From NCBI GenBank assembly GCA_035645595.1, contig DASQMG010000322.1, positions 2,041 to 66,040 of the forward strand: DNA of 64,000 nt, in the 5' to 3' direction. The notes beneath the pieces are model-generated. The model was not told where the DNA came from. It saw only the letters and a list, made by a program, of their open reading frames with translations, and ran no database searches. Below are positions 58,620-64,000 of this stretch, piece after piece (position 1 is the first letter of the stretch; every line of letters begins with the position of its first letter). Source of the DNA: Flavisolibacter sp. Its GTDB lineage: Bacteria; Bacteroidota; Bacteroidia; Chitinophagales; Chitinophagaceae. Both the position numbers and the translations under genes were made by a program.

Positions 58620-58710
58620 AAGGCCTCGCCTAACCTGAACTGTGTAAAAAACCAAATAAATTTTCAGGGAATAGGCCCTCTTCGCAAACACCTTCCCTGT
58701 TGGCGGTAAT
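58620..58710 (+). repeat. attC-like site 2 (shortened)
   Basis: GCCTAAC (RYYYAAC) ... GCAAACACCTTCCCTGTTGGCGGTAAT. Confidence 0.55.
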
Positions 58711-58764
58711 TCGAACAAAGAGCTTGCTAAACAAAAATTGAAAATACTTGTTAGGAACGACTGT

Positions 58765-59817
58765 ATGAAAATACCTATACTATCCTTCCTGCTGGTTCTC
58801 GGCCAGTCAATTTTTGGCCAGTTAAACTCCTTTACCAACCTGTTGCAACAGTATCACCAAAACAAGGGTTTCAATGGTGCGGTTCTTATGGCATCCAACG
58901 GCCAAATTGAGTACATGAATGCAATTGGGGAAGCCGATAAGAAAGCCGGACAACGTTTGACGGTCAGCTCGAAATTCAAGATTGCCTCTATGACCAAAAT
59001 GTTTACGGCTGTTTTGGTGATGAAGCTTGTGGAAGAAGGCAAGATAAGCCTGGAGCAATCATTCGGAAACTACTTCCCCGGTTATAGAGGTGAGGGAAAG
59101 GATAAGGTTACTGTTCATCAGCTGCTGACCTATTCCTCTGGTATAAAAAACGAACTAGAGCCATTGGGGATGAGGCCTTACCAGGCAAAGTTTTCGTTGG
59201 ATGAATTCATTGATAAATATTGCTCGGGGAAACTGGTTATGTTACCGGGTGAAAAAAGTACGTATGGCAATACTGAGTACATTATCCTGCAAAAAATAAT
59301 CGAGAATGTTTCGGGTAAAAGCTTTGAAAAATTATTACAGGATGTGGTGTTGAAGCCATTGGGGCTGAAAAATACAGGTGTCGTCAAAACCCATTTGAAG
59401 ACTGGTGAACTGGTTAAGACCTACACTTACCGTGATAGTATAAAGGCATTTGCTGCCGACGCACCTTATTATACTGAGAACTATTTTGCAGCCGGGGCTA
59501 TATATTCAACCCTGGAAGATCTGCTACATTTCAGTAATGCTCTTTTTCAGCAAAAAATTTTAAAGCCGGAAACTGTAGAACAAATGCTCACCATCAATGA
59601 GAAACTGGGACATACCACCTATGGCTTTTGGGGCTCACGGGGCTGGGGCAATATCAATGAACCTTTCTATTATAGAACAGGAGGTATTTTAGGAGCCAGG
59701 GCAAACTGGATTTATACTGTAGGAACAAAAAAGACAATTATCGTTTTGAGCAATACAGATGCAACCAACCTGTATGAGCTTTCGGAGCAGTTATATTTAT
59801 TGAGTGCTAATCGATAA
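58765..59817 (+). CDS. Serine hydrolase, beta-lactamase class C-like family
   Basis: FKIASMTK (SxxK), LLTYSSG, YGN (YxN), AAGAIYST, RTGG. Confidence 0.88.
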   Translation: MKIPILSFLLVLGQSIFGQLNSFTNLLQQYHQNKGFNGAVLMASNGQIEYMNAIGEADKKAGQRLTVSSKFKIASMTKMFTAVLVMKLVEEGKISLEQSFGNYFPGYRGEGKDKVTVHQLLTYSSGIKNELEPLGMRPYQAKFSLDEFIDKYCSGKLVMLPGEKSTYGNTEYIILQKIIENVSGKSFEKLLQDVVLKPLGLKNTGVVKTHLKTGELVKTYTYRDSIKAFAADAPYYTENYFAAGAIYSTLEDLLHFSNALFQQKILKPETVEQMLTINEKLGHTTYGFWGSRGWGNINEPFYYRTGGILGARANWIYTVGTKKTIIVLSNTDATNLYELSEQLYLLSANR

Positions 59818-59842
59818 TAGATCAAAAGAGAGACAAGCATAA

Positions 59843-59993
59843 TTTGTACACTACCGTTACCGGCAGCCTTATAAAAGGGGGTTTGATGATTAATGTTTTA
59901 GCTGACTATCTTTATGGTACAACAGTAACGAAGTAAAGCGATAGAATAAAACATCTCGTCTTCACAAATTGTAAACGTTGCCAGTAAGTCAAT
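59843..59993 (+). repeat. attC-like site 3 (degenerate)
   Basis: CTACCGTTACCGGCAGCCTTATAAAAGGGG ... CTCGTCTTCACAAATTGTAAACGTTGCCAGTAA. Confidence 0.45.
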
Positions 59994-60016
59994 CATCCTC
60001 ACTCAATATTCGAAAG

Positions 60017-60658
60017 ATGAAGCATTTACTAATTCTTATTATTTGCTTACACTCTTTGAGCATTTGCGGGCAGGAAGTAAAACCTGACTTTGACGGGCAC
60101 AAATGGGAAGCACCTTATTATCTTCCGGTCCCAAAAGACTGGACAATAGAGCGGTTTCTTATTCCCATCTCTTTTGCTCCTCAAATTCCCTACAAAGGAG
60201 TGGAAGATATTCGCTTCACTCCCGGCTGGGGCAATGTAAAAAGCGGCGACTATTGGAGTTATGCTTTCCTATGGTATCTTGATGGAAGCCCTAAAACAGA
60301 TGCACGAATAATTGCCAGTAATTTAAAAGCGTACTACACCGGCTTAGCTACGGTTAATGTTGACAGTGCAAAACTTAAAGCTCTCCCCGAAAACGTTAAG
60401 GCAGTTGCCACATCTTTCAAAAACGCGCCAGCCAGCAAAGGAGATTTGAAAACATATACCGGTACAGTTGCTATGCTTGATTATATGCAATTGAAACGGA
60501 TAACACTTAACTGCATAGTACATGTAAGGTCCTGTTCAAAAGAAAACAAAACCATCATGTTCTACCAATTATCACCCAAGCCTCTGTCCCATAACGTTTG
60601 GACAGGCCTTAACAAGCTATGGCTGGATTTTACGTGCAAAAAACAGGATACTCCATAA
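60017..60658 (+). CDS. Secreted hypothetical protein
   Basis: Signal peptide; W..E.F..P..FAP.I.YKG.EDIRF.PGW...YWSYAF.W motif. Confidence 0.75.
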   Translation: MKHLLILIICLHSLSICGQEVKPDFDGHKWEAPYYLPVPKDWTIERFLIPISFAPQIPYKGVEDIRFTPGWGNVKSGDYWSYAFLWYLDGSPKTDARIIASNLKAYYTGLATVNVDSAKLKALPENVKAVATSFKNAPASKGDLKTYTGTVAMLDYMQLKRITLNCIVHVRSCSKENKTIMFYQLSPKPLSHNVWTGLNKLWLDFTCKKQDTP

Positions 60659-60822
60659 TAATATTGCCTCTACTTTTCGCTTATGTTGGCGTGGCGGCCA
60701 ATGACTGTTTGCCGCTGAAAAATAGCAAGCAACGCCGTATGATTCATATCCAGCTTAGTAATCAAGTTTTGCCTGCACCATTACAGTGGTCAGAGCATTT
60801 CGGCGTAGCATAAGTTTGTAGT

Positions 60823-61275
60823 GTGAGATATTTGCTTCTTTTTGTTACCCTCCTTACTTTATCCTGCAAACAACACATGATAAAAACACATGCCTTCCGC
60901 CTGAAGCCCGGCGATGACCTTCGCAATGAAATAGAAGCTTATGTAAAAACGGCCAATATCAAAGCGGGATGGATCAGCACTTGCGTGGGGAGCTTAACCG
61001 CTTATAACATTTGCTTTGCCAATCAACCGGAAGGAAGCAAAGGCACCGGTCATTTTGAAATTGTAAGTCTTGTTGGTACCCTCTCCGTCACTGGCTTACA
61101 TATCCATATCAGCCTGAGCGATAGCACAGGTAAAACTACCGGGGGCCATTTGCTGGACAGCAACATCGTTTACACTACGGCCGAAATAATTATTCAGGAA
61201 GATGATGATTTTGTTTTTACCCGCGAGAAAGATGGCAGCACGCCATGGGAAGAACTACAAATAAAAAAGAAGTAA
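60823..61275 (+). CDS. PPC/DUF296 domain protein
   Basis: FRLKPGDDL, TCVGSL, FEIVSLVGT, HIHISLSD..G...GGHL, TTAE. Confidence 0.88.
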   Translation: MRYLLLFVTLLTLSCKQHMIKTHAFRLKPGDDLRNEIEAYVKTANIKAGWISTCVGSLTAYNICFANQPEGSKGTGHFEIVSLVGTLSVTGLHIHISLSDSTGKTTGGHLLDSNIVYTTAEIIIQEDDDFVFTREKDGSTPWEELQIKKK

Positions 61276-61320
61276 GGAAGGCTTTTCAACTATTCATTTG
61301 ATGTATTGTTTTCCTTATCA

Positions 61321-61602
61321 ATGGAGAGCTTATCACCAACAGATGTTGACCGTATCATTGAAATGGCCTGGGAAGACCGTACCCCTTTTGAAGCGATTGC
61401 GTACCAGTTTCAGTTACCCGAAAGTGAAGTGATAACACTGATGCGGCAACAACTGAAAGCATCAGCGTTTAAACGCTGGCGCCGCCGTGTGCAGGGCCGC
61501 ACCACCAAACATATTTTTAAAAGGAGCAACGAAGTCACCAGGTTTAAATGTAACCGCCAACGTGCCATTACAGGCAACAAAATTTCAAAAAAGAACTACT
61601 GA
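61321..61602 (+). CDS. TIGR03643/DUF2805 family protein
   Basis: RIIEMAWEDRTPFEAI..QF.L.E.EVI.LMR..LK.S.F..WR.RV.GR.TKH. Confidence 0.85.
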   Translation: MESLSPTDVDRIIEMAWEDRTPFEAIAYQFQLPESEVITLMRQQLKASAFKRWRRRVQGRTTKHIFKRSNEVTRFKCNRQRAITGNKISKKNY

Positions 61603-61758
61603 AAGCAGCTACTGATCTCTTCAGGTAAGATCAAAGTGCTGTTTACAGCGCCTGGCCCTAATTGCCTGCGCCGTTAGGTAATTGATACCTCCCGGTTGAT
61701 GCTTCAATTAAGGAATGGGGCCCCCTTGCCTGCTAGTTTTACCGAATACAAAAAAGTC

Positions 61759-62367
61759 ATGCAAAAATATACTACAGCTGTTATTTTACTAACAGCACTC
61801 ACCCTATCAACCTTTGCACTTGCACAAAATACCAAAGCAACTACCGATTATTTAAAAATACCGGGGCCGATTGCATTTGAAAACAAACTGTATCACTTAA
61901 GCTGGAGTTCACATCCTGCAGCCAACTTTTACAAACAGGAATACACAGTAAAAGGGAACCCCGCAAACCATTATTCCAGCATGATACTATTGGATGCAGT
62001 AACCGGTGATGCTACCATAAAAAATGTTGCCGGTGCAAAAATCAGCGAGCTAAAGAAACTGAAAGAAACAAATCCTTTTGTTAACTATGAAGCCATTGAG
62101 AACCCAAAAACAGGCGAGTACATTATTGACTTCCTGGTAACGGCCAATGCGCCTGATGGAACCATCTCTATTGCCGAGCGAAACGTGTACCGCTACACCT
62201 CCTTCACAGATAAAGCTAACAACAAAGGTGTTTTACTGTTTGGTGTTAGTACCCGGGGTTATGGTACAGAGGTTACAAAGTTTTTATCGGCTTTAAAAAT
62301 GTCCCGAAAAGATATGACGACTAAGGTGGCACAATTCAAAATGCCTGAGCCGACAATTACAAAATAA
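61759..62367 (+). CDS. Secreted hypothetical protein
   Basis: Signal peptide; DYL..PGPI.F..Y.LSWSSHP..YKQEY..ERNVYRY. Confidence 0.75.
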   Translation: MQKYTTAVILLTALTLSTFALAQNTKATTDYLKIPGPIAFENKLYHLSWSSHPAANFYKQEYTVKGNPANHYSSMILLDAVTGDATIKNVAGAKISELKKLKETNPFVNYEAIENPKTGEYIIDFLVTANAPDGTISIAERNVYRYTSFTDKANNKGVLLFGVSTRGYGTEVTKFLSALKMSRKDMTTKVAQFKMPEPTITK

Positions 62368-62426
62368 ACCTGAGTAAAAGGAAAGCAGAAAAAAGCTTCC
62401 GGTTATGGGCACCTAAATAAATAAGA

Positions 62427-63035
62427 ATGAACACTATTAAGCTTCGGTTACAACAAGTTGTAATTACCTCTGCTTTCTTTTGCTGCTTCGCCTTTAATTT
62501 CCCGCCGCCGGGTAAGGAATCAGTAGCAAAAAGCAAAGGGTCCGCAGGGGCTGTAAACGACAGTGTAAATATAAAAGCCAACATCGTTGCATTCCTGCGC
62601 TGGTATAAGACCAATTTAAATAAAGCCGCCAGTTTCCCCCTTTTATCAAAGGATAGCCAGGATTATTTTATGGTGAATAGAAAAGCGTGTACCGCTTACC
62701 TTGCCTTTCTAAAATCGAGCAAATACATTTCTACGAAGTACATCGGCTACTGGCAACGGTATTTTGATGACAAGGCAGCAGACCTGAAAAAAGAAAAGAT
62801 CAGGTCGGACGTACCGGAAGGTTTTGATATGGATTTTGTTTTGATCACGCAGGAGCCTGAACTTATTTTAGATGCGATAGATAGTTTGAAACTCACTGTT
62901 GTTTCAATGAATAGAACTATGGCTGTAATAGGGGTCATTCTGCCTTCCGATACTACTGTTGACTATGAATTTGAAATGGCAAAAACAAAACAGGGCTGGC
63001 AGATCAACTACATCTCTACTCAAAATTTTGATTGA
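62427..63035 (+). CDS. Secreted hypothetical protein (possibly DUF3828-like)
   Basis: FLRWYK..GFD.D..L..Q..WQI pattern. Confidence 0.6.
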   Translation: MNTIKLRLQQVVITSAFFCCFAFNFPPPGKESVAKSKGSAGAVNDSVNIKANIVAFLRWYKTNLNKAASFPLLSKDSQDYFMVNRKACTAYLAFLKSSKYISTKYIGYWQRYFDDKAADLKKEKIRSDVPEGFDMDFVLITQEPELILDAIDSLKLTVVSMNRTMAVIGVILPSDTTVDYEFEMAKTKQGWQINYISTQNFD

Positions 63036-63078
63036 CATCCTTTTTAAAGGAATGAGCAATCTTTCTATACTAAACTGC

Positions 63079-64000
63079 ATGTTTAAAACAATCAGGTGGC
63101 CGGTTAAAACTGTTTTGGTGCTGACAGGTATTTTGTCTCTGGTCGGTTGCAGTAGTGGCTACAAAGAAAAAAACGGGAAAACCACTTTCAATGGCAAAGA
63201 AATTAACGATAAAAGCTTCATCGTACTAAGCGATGCCTTTGCCAAAGATTCCACTACGGCTTATTATAAGGAACAGCCCTTACAGAATGTCGATGTTGCC
63301 AGTTTTGAAGCGCTGGATATTCATTATGCAAAAGACAAAAGCAAGGTTTATTACTGTGATGAATACCGGGAGGGCCAGAATTATTACTTAACTAAGCGTC
63401 AAACTATTTTAGAAATTGAAAAAGCGCTGCCTGCCACATTTGTAAGTTTAGATAACGGTTATGCCAAAGACCACCTTAACGCTTATTTTGAAGGAAAGCG
63501 GTGCCCTGTGAAAGATGTGGCAACCTTTACAAGTATCAATGCCCATTTCGCAAAAGACAGCTTTCAGGCGTATTTAAATTGTCAGCCTGTTGCAGGCAGT
63601 GATGGAAAAACATTTGAGTTGATGGGTGATAATTTTGCAAAGGATAGGGCTCATATTTACTACTATGCATACATTGGCAATGGACAGCACAACATCTGCA
63701 TAGTGCCCTGCGATAAGCCGAGTTTTCAAATTTTGGATTATAGGTATTCGAAAGATAAAACGGCCGTTTTCTTTTTAGGCTTTACTATCGCAGGCGCCGA
63801 TCCTAAAACGTTTCTAATATCATCGTCTGGTTATGCAAAAGATCAAGCTGCTGTGTATTTTGGCTCAAAAAGGATAAATGGTGCTAATGCAGCGACCTTT
63901 GAAGTATATAAGGAAAATGATTCGGTTGGCCACGATGTTGTTTTTGCCAAAGATCATAGCTCAGTATATATGGATGATAAAAAGTTAGGTAGTGCCGATG
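63079..64000 (+). CDS. DKNYY-family repeat lipoprotein (3' end runs off the window)
   Basis: Manual translation MFKTIRWPVKTVLVLTGILSLVGC..; repeated [YF]AKDxxxxY[YF] units. Confidence 0.85.
   Translation, partial: MFKTIRWPVKTVLVLTGILSLVGCSSGYKEKNGKTTFNGKEINDKSFIVLSDAFAKDSTTAYYKEQPLQNVDVASFEALDIHYAKDKSKVYYCDEYREGQNYYLTKRQTILEIEKALPATFVSLDNGYAKDHLNAYFEGKRCPVKDVATFTSINAHFAKDSFQAYLNCQPVAGSDGKTFELMGDNFAKDRAHIYYYAYIGNGQHNICIVPCDKPSFQILDYRYSKDKTAVFFLGFTIAGADPKTFLISSSGYAKDQAAVYFGSKRINGANAATFEVYKENDSVGHDVVFAKDHSSVYMDDKKLGSAD

Larger units (their letters stand above)
56330..60674 (+). mobile_element. Integron-like gene cassette array (at least 4 cassettes), no integrase in the window
   Basis: Each unit starts with GTT.. 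and ends with an approximate reverse complement of its own start; attC-like spacers lie between the genes. Confidence 0.6.

Noticed and set aside
58765-59817. True beta-lactamase resistance gene
   Set aside because: The motifs place it only in the broad serine hydrolase family; resistance activity cannot be inferred.

Overview
A 64-kb chromosomal segment from a Bacteroidota bacterium, probably Chitinophagaceae (inferred from T9SS C-terminal domains, gldB and TAnnTTTG -7 promoters). Most of it is housekeeping and metabolic: obgE (partial), adk, msrB, rpiB, psd, mrdA-rodA, kynA, purD, serS, nadE and gldB, plus a partial phenylacetate (paa) cluster, three tandem POT peptide transporters, alkB and a Tat-signal DUF1800/DUF1501 pair. 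The main non-obvious signal starts at about 56.3 kb. There, unrelated same-strand, mostly secreted genes are separated by attC-like sites (..YAAC ... GTT..), and the two ends of each gene unit are reverse complements of each other. This looks like an integron-like cassette array with no integrase in the window. Other points of interest: a REP-like palindrome family with copies inserted in frame inside nadE, a 4-copy GTTGCGTCGCAC repeat, a candidate structured ncRNA upstream of an orphan response regulator, an unannotated 53-aa secreted Cys-loop peptide, and three pseudogene remnants. No rRNA, tRNA, CRISPR array, transposase or integrase was recognised. All family assignments come from motif recognition by eye, not database searches.
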